64,000 bases of DNA, from positions 2,496,001 to 2,560,000 of the forward strand of contig OZ242320.1 in the NCBI GenBank assembly GCA_965208125.1. The letters are read 5' to 3'. The notes beneath the pieces were generated by a model. It searched no databases, was not told the origin of the DNA, and worked only from the letters and a program-made list of their open reading frames with translations. Each line of letters starts with the position of its first letter. The stretch's first letter is position 1. Both the position numbers and the translations under genes were made by a program. This document shows, piece after piece, positions 18,993 to 28,675 of this stretch. The stretch is from Candidatus Latescibacterota bacterium. GTDB taxonomy: Bacteria > Latescibacterota > UBA2968.

Positions 18993-21392
18993 CTATTCAT
19001 ATCTTATTTCGTCAATGGGATTTTTTGAGGCGGCCTGTATCAAATGCCAGGCTACCGTTGCAAAAGTAATTGCAATTGCAAATAGCGTTCCCAGGGCAAA
19101 AGCATGAGGTGATAGTTCGATCCTGTAAGCAAATGAAAGCAACCAATTGTCCATTAAAAGAAATGCAATTAACCACGCAAATAAATTAGCAACAACAAGG
19201 ATTCCGAAAAACTCGGAGAAAATCAGGACAATAATATTCCAGGCCGAAGCCCCTAAAATTTTCCGGATTCCAAGCTCTTTTGTTCTTCTTTCTAAAGCAT
19301 AAGATACCATGCCCAACATGCCCAAACAGGCTATAAAAATGGCGAGCAATGCAAATACACCAAATATACGCCCGAAATTAATGTCATTTTGATATAGCTG
19401 GTTCAGGTGTTCATCTAAAAAGGCGGCTTGGAATGGTTTGTCAGGAATAAATCGGCTCCATTGATCCTCCAAAAAAGCCATTGTATCTTTGATATTTTCA
19501 CCTCTAATTTTTAGAGAGAGAAGATTATACTTGGGTTGCCACATACATAGAGCAATTGGCCTGATGGGTTCTTTGAGAGAGCGGTTATGAAAATCCTCAA
19601 CAATACCAACCACAATGCCCTTGCGCTTCCAATATGCCCATTCGAACTGTTTTCCTATCGGATTTTGCCACCCCAGTTGCTCAACTGCTGTTTCATTTAA
19701 GATATAAGCATCGGTTGCGTCACCTGGAATCTCCACGGAAAAGTTCCGACCTTTTGACAGTGTTATCCCATACAGGTCTATAAAGTCTTCGTCAACGCCC
19801 AATATCCTCATCTGCCATTCGCTACCCTGAAAACCTTCGGGATAGACTGTATGAAATGCGCCACCAAACCAGGCGATAGTAGAATTGGATGCAGATGCAG
19901 AGATCACATTGGGGTGTTTCAAAAATTCTTGCTTAATAACGCGATATCGCTCATTTAGAGAACGGTCAGTCGTAAAAAGAGGTAATACTACAATATGCTC
20001 TTTATCAAATCCCAACGCCTTGTTTTGAATAAACGCCATTTGTTTATAAACAACAATTGTGCTGATGATAAGCACGACAGAAGCAGCAAATTGAAAAATT
20101 AAAGAGCCATTTCTCAGCCATTTTCCAGAGTTATTAAACTGGAGTTCACGTCTTAATATTTGGACGGGATGAAAAGATGCCAGGAAAAGCGCGGGATAAA
20201 GTCCAGATAGAGTGCCTATAACGAGGGCTGTAAGAAATGTTATAACAAATAACAGATGTCCGCTGAATTCCAATTTGGCTTCTTGATTTATGTAGCTATC
20301 CAGATAGGGAAGAGAGATTTCTACAATACAAAAGGCGAGGAGTGAAGAACAGAATGCCGTAAAAACAGCTTCGGCTATAAACTGAAAGATGAGACTACTC
20401 TTATGGGCACCAACGGTTTTTCTCACGCCTATTTCTTTTAGTCTGGCCGCAGATCGCGCTATAGATAGATTTACAAAGTTAAAGCTGGCAATAAGTACGA
20501 TAAATATTGCGATTGCCGAAAAAATATAGACGTATGTAATGTCCCCCCCGCCTCTAATTCCATATTCAAGGTGAGAGTACAAATACATTCTTTCCAGAGG
20601 CTGGAGAATATATCGATTGCGTTCACTTACATCAGGTCCCATATAACGATTTAAAAGGTCCTGGAGTTTGGTATCTATGTTTTTTGGAGACGCTGCATCG
20701 GACAACAGGACAAATGTCTGGATTGGTCGCCAGGATGTATTTGGTTGCCATCTCTCCCAGGCAGTCAATGGTATTTCATTGTGAACAGTAGATGTCAATA
20801 TGTCAAAATGCAGAGAGGAGTTTCGAGGTATATCTTTGACAACGCCAGAGACAAAATAATCTCCGCCAAAATACCTGCCATCGACAGAGATTGTTTTACC
20901 AATAGGATTTTCATTGGCGAAGAATTTTTGTGCAGTTTCTTCCGTAATAACGACAGAGAATTTGTCTTTCAAAACGGTTTTTGGATCGCCAATTTTGAGA
21001 GGAAAAGAAAATATCTGCAAAAATTCTTGATCAACAGCACAAACTGCTACAAAAAATCCCTTCTCTTCGTTGGTTGCCCAGTTTTGGCTTATGCTAAAAA
21101 AACGAGTCACTTTCTCAATTTCAGGAATGTCTGCCACCAAACTCTGCCCCAACATACCGGAGGTCCCTGGTGAAATCTGGGGTGCTCCTGCTAAAGATTC
21201 AGTTTCTCTCAACACTCTGAATATGCGATCAGAGTTTTTATGAAAGGTATCAAAGGTCAACTCATTAAACATAAATACCATAATGAGTATTACGCTTGCC
21301 ATGCTAATAGAAAGTCCGATTAGATTGATCAAAGAGAAGGTTTTATCTCTGAATGTTCGCCTTAAAGCAATGACAAAATATCTGCCGATCAT
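18993..21392 (-). CDS. MacB/FtsX-type duplicated ABC permease #2
   Basis: Same architecture; start MIGRYF at 21392 with AAAGG RBS. Confidence 0.92.
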   Translation of the reverse strand: MIGRYFVIALRRTFRDKTFSLINLIGLSISMASVILIMVFMFNELTFDTFHKNSDRIFRVLRETESLAGAPQISPGTSGMLGQSLVADIPEIEKVTRFFSISQNWATNEEKGFFVAVCAVDQEFLQIFSFPLKIGDPKTVLKDKFSVVITEETAQKFFANENPIGKTISVDGRYFGGDYFVSGVVKDIPRNSSLHFDILTSTVHNEIPLTAWERWQPNTSWRPIQTFVLLSDAASPKNIDTKLQDLLNRYMGPDVSERNRYILQPLERMYLYSHLEYGIRGGGDITYVYIFSAIAIFIVLIASFNFVNLSIARSAARLKEIGVRKTVGAHKSSLIFQFIAEAVFTAFCSSLLAFCIVEISLPYLDSYINQEAKLEFSGHLLFVITFLTALVIGTLSGLYPALFLASFHPVQILRRELQFNNSGKWLRNGSLIFQFAASVVLIISTIVVYKQMAFIQNKALGFDKEHIVVLPLFTTDRSLNERYRVIKQEFLKHPNVISASASNSTIAWFGGAFHTVYPEGFQGSEWQMRILGVDEDFIDLYGITLSKGRNFSVEIPGDATDAYILNETAVEQLGWQNPIGKQFEWAYWKRKGIVVGIVEDFHNRSLKEPIRPIALCMWQPKYNLLSLKIRGENIKDTMAFLEDQWSRFIPDKPFQAAFLDEHLNQLYQNDINFGRIFGVFALLAIFIACLGMLGMVSYALERRTKELGIRKILGASAWNIIVLIFSEFFGILVVANLFAWLIAFLLMDNWLLSFAYRIELSPHAFALGTLFAIAITFATVAWHLIQAASKNPIDEIRYE

Positions 21393-21417
21393 TGTGTAAC
21401 CTTTCTTTATTATTTTT

Positions 21418-21453
21418 TTAGTGCCGCGGCCACGCAATATGAGACCAGTTTCC
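21418..21453 (-). repeat. Scar of the C45 3' end upstream of permease #2
   Basis: ttagtgccgcggccacgcaatatgagaccagtttcc encodes GNWSHIAWPRH* and matches 24958-24993. Confidence 0.85.
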
Positions 21454-21505
21454 ATCATTAAATCGGGAAACTTCTGTTTGAATGACAACAGCAACCCAGG
21501 AGTAA

Positions 21506-23917
21506 TCATTTATAACGCAAATGATGAATGGGATTTAACAGAGCAGTTTTCAGGGTATGATAGACGATGGTAAGCAGGGCAATCATCAGGGATATCCCAC
21601 CACCCAAGATCAGCGTTATAAGATCCACATGAACGCGATAATGAAAATCCTGCAACCAGGCCTCCATGACGAAAAAAGCTATGGGCCATGCAATGATGTT
21701 GGTCAATAAAATAAGTCCTAAAAAATCCCTCACGAGCAACCACCAGATGTTGAACTTAGAGGCGCCCAGTACCTTTCGGATACTCATTTCGTGAGTGCGA
21801 TACTGCACGGTAAAGGCGGTTAGTCCAAATAAGCCCAGACAGGCTACAAAAATTGTAATTAGTGACACTAATCGGAGCATTTTTTCTAATTTTATCTCAG
21901 CCTCATAATTCCATTTATCTATGTTTTCATCCAAAAAATGAAAATTGAAGGGAAAATTTGGGATTAGTCGTTTCCACTGATTTTCCACAAATTGGATCGT
22001 GTTGGCAATATTATCTTTTCGAATTTTGAGGGAGAGATAATTCCATTTGGGAACCCACATGCAGACGAAAACAGGTCCTATTTTTTCGTGCAAAGATAGC
22101 AGATGAAAATCCTCGACAACGCCAATCACTTTTCCGGGCCGATCATTCCACTCAAACTGCTTGCCAATTGGCTTCTCCCAATCCAGTTGTTTGACCGCCG
22201 TTTCATTCAGGATATAGGCACTTGTAGTGTCGCGTGCAATGTCGCTTGAGAAATTTCGGCCTTCTTTAACTTCGATGTCAAAAAAGTTCAGAAAGTCCTC
22301 ATCAGCAGCCAATATATTCATCTCCCAACCATCCGAATTACTTCCTTCTGGATAAACCACCCAGCGCTCTCCCCACCCAATATTGGGCAATGTATGAGAA
22401 GCCGTTGCCGCCAATATATCTGGATGTTTTAGAAATTCCTGGTGTATTGCACGATAATTGCCCGTCAATGACCGATCTGTCATGTATAACTCTAAAATCA
22501 TGACCTGATCTTTATTGAAACCCAGGTCTTTATTTCTCATGTACTTCATTTGATTAAAGATGGTTATCGTGCCGATGATACATATAACAGAAATTGAGGA
22601 TTGAAAAATAACCAATCCCTTTCGGAATTGGGCGTTGTTTTTAGTAGAAACTAACTTACCTCCTTTGAGAATATCCATAGGCTCAAAAGCAGATAAAACA
22701 AAAGCAGGATAAATTCCAGAAAATAGCCCGACCAATACCGTAATGCCGGATAATCCGACCAATAGAGATTCGTTCTGAATATTTAGTGACAATGCCTTAA
22801 GTGTAAAAGCATTAAAGGTAGGCAGGAAAAGCTCGACAAAACTCAATGCCAACAAGAGGGCGAGCAATGACAGCAGAAAGGATTCTCCCAAAAATTGCAC
22901 AATCAATATCCGCCGATTAGCACCTACCACTTTCCGCATACCTACTTCCATTGCCCTGGTGGTGGCGCGTGCTGTAGCGAGATTCACAAAATTGATACCG
23001 GCAATGAGTAAAATAAAAAAGGCAAGTGTAGATAGTAAGTAGATATACGAGATGTCGCTATACATGGTCATACTGTAATCTACGTTAGAATAGAGGTGGA
23101 TGCGGTTGATCGGCTGAAGGTGATAGATATTGTTTGATCGGATTTCCTCCCCCATATAACGAAGTATAAAATCGCTCAATTTTTGTTCCAATTCGGAAGG
23201 TGGATACCCTTCTTGTAGCAAAATAAAAGTTTCTATTGGCAGCCAGCCACTCTCGCGCTGCCATCTTTCCCACACAGTGCCAGCAAACTCTTTTTGTCTC
23301 CATTCCGATGATGCAGACGAAGCGAGAAAATCGAATTGAATTGTCGAATTTATGGGTATATTTTCCAGGACACCTGTGATTTTGTAATCCCCTCTAAAAT
23401 ATCGGTGTTCAACGGTGATTGTTCGGCCTATGGGATCTTCGGCGGGGAAGAATTTATTCGCCATTTCCTGGGTGAGAACAATGGTATAGGGGTCTATCAG
23501 AGCTGTCCTTGGATTGCCTTTTATGAAAGGAAAAGAGAAGATTTCAAAGATTTTAGAATCAGTCATCATAAATTGTTGTTTAAACCATTTATCTTTGTAG
23601 TTTATCCAGGTATCAATGTCCCAGGTACGAACAGCACTTTGTATTTCTGAAAAATCTTTCAGCAGAGACGGTGCAAGCGCACCTGAAGTGCCCGGCTGCG
23701 TGTGGGATTCGCCGCTATTGGCTTCCCTTTCTCTCAGCACCCGGTAAATGCGATTGCTTTTTTCGTGGAACTGGTCGTACCCTATTTCATCCTGTATATA
23801 CAAAAAAACCAAAATACAACAGGCCATCCCAATAGCTAAACCACTGATGTTCAGGAATGAAAACATCTTAAATTTAATCAGGTTTCGAACTGCAACTTTT
23901 AGATAGTTTTCATACAT
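21506..23917 (-). CDS. MacB/FtsX-type duplicated ABC permease #3
   Basis: NFVNLATAR..RAMEVGMRK and EMSIRKVLGA motifs. Confidence 0.93.
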   Translation of the reverse strand: MYENYLKVAVRNLIKFKMFSFLNISGLAIGMACCILVFLYIQDEIGYDQFHEKSNRIYRVLREREANSGESHTQPGTSGALAPSLLKDFSEIQSAVRTWDIDTWINYKDKWFKQQFMMTDSKIFEIFSFPFIKGNPRTALIDPYTIVLTQEMANKFFPAEDPIGRTITVEHRYFRGDYKITGVLENIPINSTIQFDFLASSASSEWRQKEFAGTVWERWQRESGWLPIETFILLQEGYPPSELEQKLSDFILRYMGEEIRSNNIYHLQPINRIHLYSNVDYSMTMYSDISYIYLLSTLAFFILLIAGINFVNLATARATTRAMEVGMRKVVGANRRILIVQFLGESFLLSLLALLLALSFVELFLPTFNAFTLKALSLNIQNESLLVGLSGITVLVGLFSGIYPAFVLSAFEPMDILKGGKLVSTKNNAQFRKGLVIFQSSISVICIIGTITIFNQMKYMRNKDLGFNKDQVMILELYMTDRSLTGNYRAIHQEFLKHPDILAATASHTLPNIGWGERWVVYPEGSNSDGWEMNILAADEDFLNFFDIEVKEGRNFSSDIARDTTSAYILNETAVKQLDWEKPIGKQFEWNDRPGKVIGVVEDFHLLSLHEKIGPVFVCMWVPKWNYLSLKIRKDNIANTIQFVENQWKRLIPNFPFNFHFLDENIDKWNYEAEIKLEKMLRLVSLITIFVACLGLFGLTAFTVQYRTHEMSIRKVLGASKFNIWWLLVRDFLGLILLTNIIAWPIAFFVMEAWLQDFHYRVHVDLITLILGGGISLMIALLTIVYHTLKTALLNPIHHLRYK

Positions 23918-24106
23918 TGCGAATCCCTTCTTATTCTATCAAATTGATCAGAAACGGTGTGTCACACTATTGAATTTTCACCATTGTTCGATTCTCCCGG
24001 CAAAAAACCTCCAGCTTGCATACGCCACAAATGGAAGAGGATGGCGGTTTTGTATTTCTATTTCCTTATAGACAACCAGAGAAGTCTCAGGATTACCTAT
24101 TTTTAA

Positions 24107-24226
24107 AGCAAAAACTGTGCCGAAAAAGTCAAGTAGTGATATTACAACAGGTTATGAAAAATCACCCGAAATAGACGTCTTAAAAAGTGTCCGATTTTGA
24201 TACAGTGGTGTCCGAAAATGAACACT
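24107..24226 (-). promoter_or_regulatory. Sigma54 promoter module copy 2
   Basis: Minus strand CGGCACAGTTTTTGCT at 24107-24122; identical 43 bp enhancer core at 24184-24226. Confidence 0.82.
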
Positions 24227-24240
24227 AAGAGGAGGGGATC

Positions 24241-24939
24241 TTGCAAATTTCAGCGATTTCTTTTGATGGTGATATGACCTTGTGGGACTTTTATAAGGTC
24301 ATGCGACATTCGCTAACGCATACATTGAGGGAATTGCGCAGGCATGTTCCGACCCAGCGCGCTTTAGACCTTACTGTTGAGGATATGATTGCGATTCGCA
24401 ATCGGCTTGCTGAGGAGGTGAAAGGCGAGGTCTGGAATCTCGAGGAGATCAGACGGCTGGCATTTGAGAAGACGCTTGAATATGTTGAATATCCGGACAG
24501 TGATCTGGCTATGCATCTGAATAAAATATATCTGAAGCATCGTTTCGAAGATATTGAATTGTACAAGGATGTTGTACCTGCGCTTGATACTTTAGCACCA
24601 CATTTTACAATCGGACTTTTGTCAAATGGGAATAGTTACCCGGAACGCTGTGGTCTCGCAGGTCGTTTTGACTTTGTTGTCTTTGCCCAGGATGTGCGTG
24701 TTGCGAAGCCTGATCGAAGAATTTTTCAGATTACCGCACAGAGAGCGGGCTGTCCGCTGGCGCAGCTATTACACGTCGGAGATTCTCTGGAACAGGATGT
24801 TGCAGGTGGGGGTGCAGCCGGAGCGCATACGGTCTGGCTAAATCGTGAAGGTCTGTCAAATGATACGGGGATCAAGGCCGATTACGAAATCAGTTCATTG
24901 ACTGACCTGCACGCGATATTGGGGGTAGGTCGAAGTTGA
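24241..24939 (+). CDS. HAD-IA family hydrolase
   Basis: FDGDMTLW, LLSNGN, KPD and HVGDSLEQDV motifs; TTG start after AGGAGG. Confidence 0.92.
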   Translation: MQISAISFDGDMTLWDFYKVMRHSLTHTLRELRRHVPTQRALDLTVEDMIAIRNRLAEEVKGEVWNLEEIRRLAFEKTLEYVEYPDSDLAMHLNKIYLKHRFEDIELYKDVVPALDTLAPHFTIGLLSNGNSYPERCGLAGRFDFVVFAQDVRVAKPDRRIFQITAQRAGCPLAQLLHVGDSLEQDVAGGGAAGAHTVWLNREGLSNDTGIKADYEISSLTDLHAILGVGRS

Positions 24940-24957
24940 CAAATTATTGGTAAGTTC

Positions 24958-25992
24958 TTAGTGCCAGGGCCACGCAATATGAGACCAGTTCCCACAACTG
25001 GCCGCTGGTTGTCCGCCCAGTGTGAACTCAGTCCGACTGGAAGCGGGACACACGACAACTGAATACGCGGTTGCGAACTCATTGCCTCTTCGCTCAACGC
25101 CGTCGTCGGCGAGATATGTCTTCAAGTCCGACGGTGTTGGAGATCTTTCGCTGTTGTAGGTGTTTTCGAGAAGTTGCGCCAGGCGATTGTATCTGTTCCA
25201 TGTGTCGCGTGGTTGCTTTCCTTTTTTTCTGCTTTCTCGTCCTATCATGGCGTGGTTTGTTCTCACGGCCCAATCCGTTTTGACTTTCGATAGTCTCCAT
25301 CTCGAACATGAGCATTCGAAGATGGCTGCTTCATCTGTTTTGCCATCCGCAGCTATCAGGATCATACCTTCTGTTCTGTCAATTTCGTTCAGGAGCTCTC
25401 GCACATCATCAATAGTTTCACACGTCTCCAGAGCTTCGACGACGAAGCCATACGTCGGCAGGACGACTTTTCTGCTGTCTGGCTTATCAGTTGTGTTCAA
25501 GTGGTCAATGTGCAGCCAGAGCTTCGCCTTGTTGATGCCAGCGGTCGCCCAGATATCTCCCGCAAGCCCGAAGTACATGATTGGGATGCGATCCTTGACC
25601 TCCAGGATAGTGATGTATCCCCATAGCTTGGGTACAAAGGTGTCGTTGTTGTGACCAATCCAGACTTTGCCTTTGGACCGGCAGATGATGCTGCTACAGC
25701 CCTGACTGAGTGCTATTTCCTGATAACCCCAATGTGCTATGCGCTCGAACGGTATCCCACTCCCTTTAGAGAGACCCCGAAATCTGTCACTTATATGCTG
25801 GGGTAGAGAACTGATCCACGCTACAGCATGCGTTTCCGAGTGCTTAGCGCAGTTCTTCGCTGCCAGAATTCGGGCAGCAAGGTAATTTTCAAGGTAGGTA
25901 CCAAAACTACGGCCGAGGCTCTCGCCAAGACGGACGCCAGCAGAGTAGGAATCGTCGGCCTCTATCCTGATTATGCGGGGTATCGTGTCCAT
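24958..25992 (-). CDS. C45 family autoproteolytic acyltransferase/peptidase (Ntn hydrolase)
   Basis: G|CS cleavage site, GHNND, AGIN and RTNH motifs. Confidence 0.85.
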   Translation of the reverse strand: MDTIPRIIRIEADDSYSAGVRLGESLGRSFGTYLENYLAARILAAKNCAKHSETHAVAWISSLPQHISDRFRGLSKGSGIPFERIAHWGYQEIALSQGCSSIICRSKGKVWIGHNNDTFVPKLWGYITILEVKDRIPIMYFGLAGDIWATAGINKAKLWLHIDHLNTTDKPDSRKVVLPTYGFVVEALETCETIDDVRELLNEIDRTEGMILIAADGKTDEAAIFECSCSRWRLSKVKTDWAVRTNHAMIGRESRKKGKQPRDTWNRYNRLAQLLENTYNSERSPTPSDLKTYLADDGVERRGNEFATAYSVVVCPASSRTEFTLGGQPAASCGNWSHIAWPWH

Positions 25993-26036
25993 GATTTTTC
26001 GGTAGGGTATAACATTTTCGCGGTTTGCAATGAGAC

Positions 26037-26624
26037 CTATTCGATTTTTTGACGTCCATTGGCATCATAAAAAGCAAAGTGACGTGTCTCCTCATCATAA
26101 GAGGCTGCCCGATTCCACGCTTCCTGCACTGGCTTATTTTTCCGCAATAACTGATCCAGAAATAATGTCACGAAGATGGATGTTGACGCGGCATTTTGGG
26201 AATCCAAAGAGCCTATGTAGCATCTCGGATTACTCTTCAGGAATGCGCTTGCCATTGCGTCTGTCCCGCCTACACAACACGTATTCACAACAATTCGATC
26301 AGTCAGTTTTGCATGTTTTTCAATACTCTCTGGCGGCAGGCTTTCGTCCTTTAGCATTGATGTATCAATGCCCTCCATATAATCGCCGAAGACAATCCCA
26401 TTCTCATCCCCATGACCGCAGATAATGATGCAGGGAGGCAATTCAGGTTCACGACTGATGACCTTCAGAAAATCAACAGGTGTTCCGATTCTATAGAATC
26501 TGACTGCCAGATTTAGCTGTTCGGCAAATGTTCGGATTGTATGAGCTTCTTCAAAGTCGCCGATGCATATTATGCCAATGGGATTCTGTTTGGCGTCAAA
26601 TTGAGTCTCAACCGGTGTCCACAT
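26037..26624 (-). CDS. Hypothetical 195 aa protein with caspase/CHAT-like His-Cys motifs, copy B
   Basis: Paralog of 18333-18920. Confidence 0.75.
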   Translation of the reverse strand: MWTPVETQFDAKQNPIGIICIGDFEEAHTIRTFAEQLNLAVRFYRIGTPVDFLKVISREPELPPCIIICGHGDENGIVFGDYMEGIDTSMLKDESLPPESIEKHAKLTDRIVVNTCCVGGTDAMASAFLKSNPRCYIGSLDSQNAASTSIFVTLFLDQLLRKNKPVQEAWNRAASYDEETRHFAFYDANGRQKIE

Positions 26625-26667
26625 GTTTGTTTTCCTCTCATCAGGTGTTCAGTCTTGTCTTTTGCCG

Positions 26668-27381
26668 TCAGAGCTTTCTTCCGCTATATATTCCAAAAAG
26701 CCCATATCGATAATGGCAGGCGACTTCCTCAAAGCCGACTATCTGCAAATCCTCAAGTTGGTTCTCCAGCGTATCATAAAAGTTCTCTGGACGAACACGC
26801 GCTTCATCGGGGATATGTGAAAAGGATTCAGAGAGATTTTCCCGCGCTTCATGTTTTTGAATCCATTCTCTCCAGAGGTCGTAATACCAGTTTTCGAGGG
26901 GTTCAGTTGTTGGTAAGACAATATCGATATTCAGAAAGTACGAGTTTGGGGCTAACATATTCAAGATTTTTTCAAATAGCCCTCGTCTTTGTAATTTCTC
27001 CAGGTGGTGAATGGCAAAGCAAGAGACAATGAAGTCGAAAGTGCCCAGGTTTGCTTTACCTTCGATTATGTCTTCGAAAGGCATTTTGATGAAGTTTTCC
27101 ACGTCATATACGGCAAGCCTCTTTTGGGCGGCTGAAAGCATTTCTTCAGAGCCATCGACCGCTACCAGTTGGATATGAGGATCTATAAGGAATAGTCTCT
27201 CGCTTATAATTCCGTCGCCACATCCAAGATCAAGTACTCGCTTTTTCTGAACAAAATGCTGGTAGAATGAAGCAAGTATCTCGAAATGCGTATTTCGTTC
27301 CGGTAAAAAGTGTTGCGAATGATCTTGATATTCTTGGGCATATTCTGTTTCGCCCCACCTGGATTCTTCAAATTTTGCCAT
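26668..27381 (-). CDS. Class I SAM-dependent methyltransferase (CmoA-like)
   Basis: VLDLGCGDG, FDFIVSCFAIHHL motifs. Confidence 0.9.
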   Translation of the reverse strand: MAKFEESRWGETEYAQEYQDHSQHFLPERNTHFEILASFYQHFVQKKRVLDLGCGDGIISERLFLIDPHIQLVAVDGSEEMLSAAQKRLAVYDVENFIKMPFEDIIEGKANLGTFDFIVSCFAIHHLEKLQRRGLFEKILNMLAPNSYFLNIDIVLPTTEPLENWYYDLWREWIQKHEARENLSESFSHIPDEARVRPENFYDTLENQLEDLQIVGFEEVACHYRYGLFGIYSGRKL

Positions 27382-27384
27382 AGT

Positions 27385-28143
27385 CTAATCCGTTCTTTTG
27401 TGCAAGAAGTCCCTCACAGGAGGAAAAATTAGGCGACTATCAGTGTATGCTTGTCCGTGATCAAGACCCGGAATAATGATCAATTTTGCTTCGGGGATTT
27501 GACTGGCACCTCGTTTCGCAGCGTCTAACATAAATGAATCGGCCTTCCCAACATAGATCAGGCAAGGTATTTTTAAAGTTTCTAAAGTATCTTCACATCC
27601 AGACCAATCTCGGGCTGCAATTGTAGATGCGATCAAAGCCTTTGGATCATTCCTCAAAAATTCCTCTCGCCTTTCAGACGAATCATACCCCCAGGCATCT
27701 GCTGCTGCCGCAATGCCACTTTTCAATACGGCAATTTGGTCATCATAGGCTTCTGGGTGCGCAGGTGGGAATGGCGCCATTCCGCCGATAATCAGAGATT
27801 CAATACAATCTGCATAGAATTGGGCGAGGCCAAAGCAAACTTCACCTCCCATTGAATAACCCCAAACATGCGATTTTTTCAGATTGAGATCTTCCATGAC
27901 GGCAACAATATCAGAAGCCCTTTTCTCTATTTCATAGACTGCCGGATCATGTGGTTTATCGCTTAAGCCATGTCCTCTTTCATCAATGAGAATGAGCTGG
28001 TAATCATCGCTTAACTTTTCAACATAACCATTTCTTTTCCAATCTTTTGAATTGCCAGCAAACCCGTGCAACAGAACAAGAGGTTGCCCTTGCCCGACAA
28101 CTTCATAAAAGATGCGAATATCCTGATTTTTAATGAGAGACAT
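27385..28143 (-). CDS. Alpha/beta hydrolase
   Basis: LLHG, DERGHGLS, GYSMGG motifs and C-terminal His. Confidence 0.92.
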   Translation of the reverse strand: MSLIKNQDIRIFYEVVGQGQPLVLLHGFAGNSKDWKRNGYVEKLSDDYQLILIDERGHGLSDKPHDPAVYEIEKRASDIVAVMEDLNLKKSHVWGYSMGGEVCFGLAQFYADCIESLIIGGMAPFPPAHPEAYDDQIAVLKSGIAAAADAWGYDSSERREEFLRNDPKALIASTIAARDWSGCEDTLETLKIPCLIYVGKADSFMLDAAKRGASQIPEAKLIIIPGLDHGQAYTDSRLIFPPVRDFLHKRTD

Positions 28144-28179
28144 TTGAGATCGTTGAGTTTTTTATTTATCAGTTTTCAG

Positions 28180-28662
28180 TCAGTCTTGTCTTTCGAAGAA
28201 GTCCCTGGCCCAGATGAAATGACCAATACCGGCATTTTGAGCCGCCTTCTGGTCAATTTCTGTATCTCCAACCATCACTGATTGTTTGACATCGACAAAG
28301 TGTTTGTCTGCCAGGCCGTTGATCATGCCAGGGTTTGGTTTTCTATATGGTGATTCGATGTGTGGGCACACCCAGTAATCTGTGATCAGGCCCTCGGTTG
28401 CGGTGTTGACTTGGTCGATAAAGGACTTCGCGCGCTCTACCGATAAGGTTCCCTTTTCTATGCCCGATTGATTCGTGATAATAAATATCGCGTCGAAGTT
28501 CGATGCCCTTTGCCTGAGAACCTCAATGGTATTTGGCAGGAGTTCTACGTTTCCAGGGGCGTCCGTGAAAATTTCATCATTTTCTATCCGAACGAGAGTC
28601 CCACCGAGATCCAGGAAGAGAGCGCTATACATGTCGCCTTGGTCAGCCTGGTTTGTTCTCAT
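28180..28662 (-). CDS. HAD-IIIA family phosphatase (GmhB/HisB-like); start may be 28632
   Basis: FLDLGGTL, ITNQSG, CPH..RKPNPGM and MVGD..D motifs. Confidence 0.88.
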   Translation of the reverse strand: MRTNQADQGDMYSALFLDLGGTLVRIENDEIFTDAPGNVELLPNTIEVLRQRASNFDAIFIITNQSGIEKGTLSVERAKSFIDQVNTATEGLITDYWVCPHIESPYRKPNPGMINGLADKHFVDVKQSVMVGDTEIDQKAAQNAGIGHFIWARDFFERQD

Positions 28663-28675
28663 GTGATGTGACCTT

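Noticed and set aside
18333-26624. Diversity-generating retroelement (template/variable repeat) behind the duplicated gene or the ankyrin repeat
   Set aside because: There is no reverse transcriptase, and the differences are not confined to adenines.
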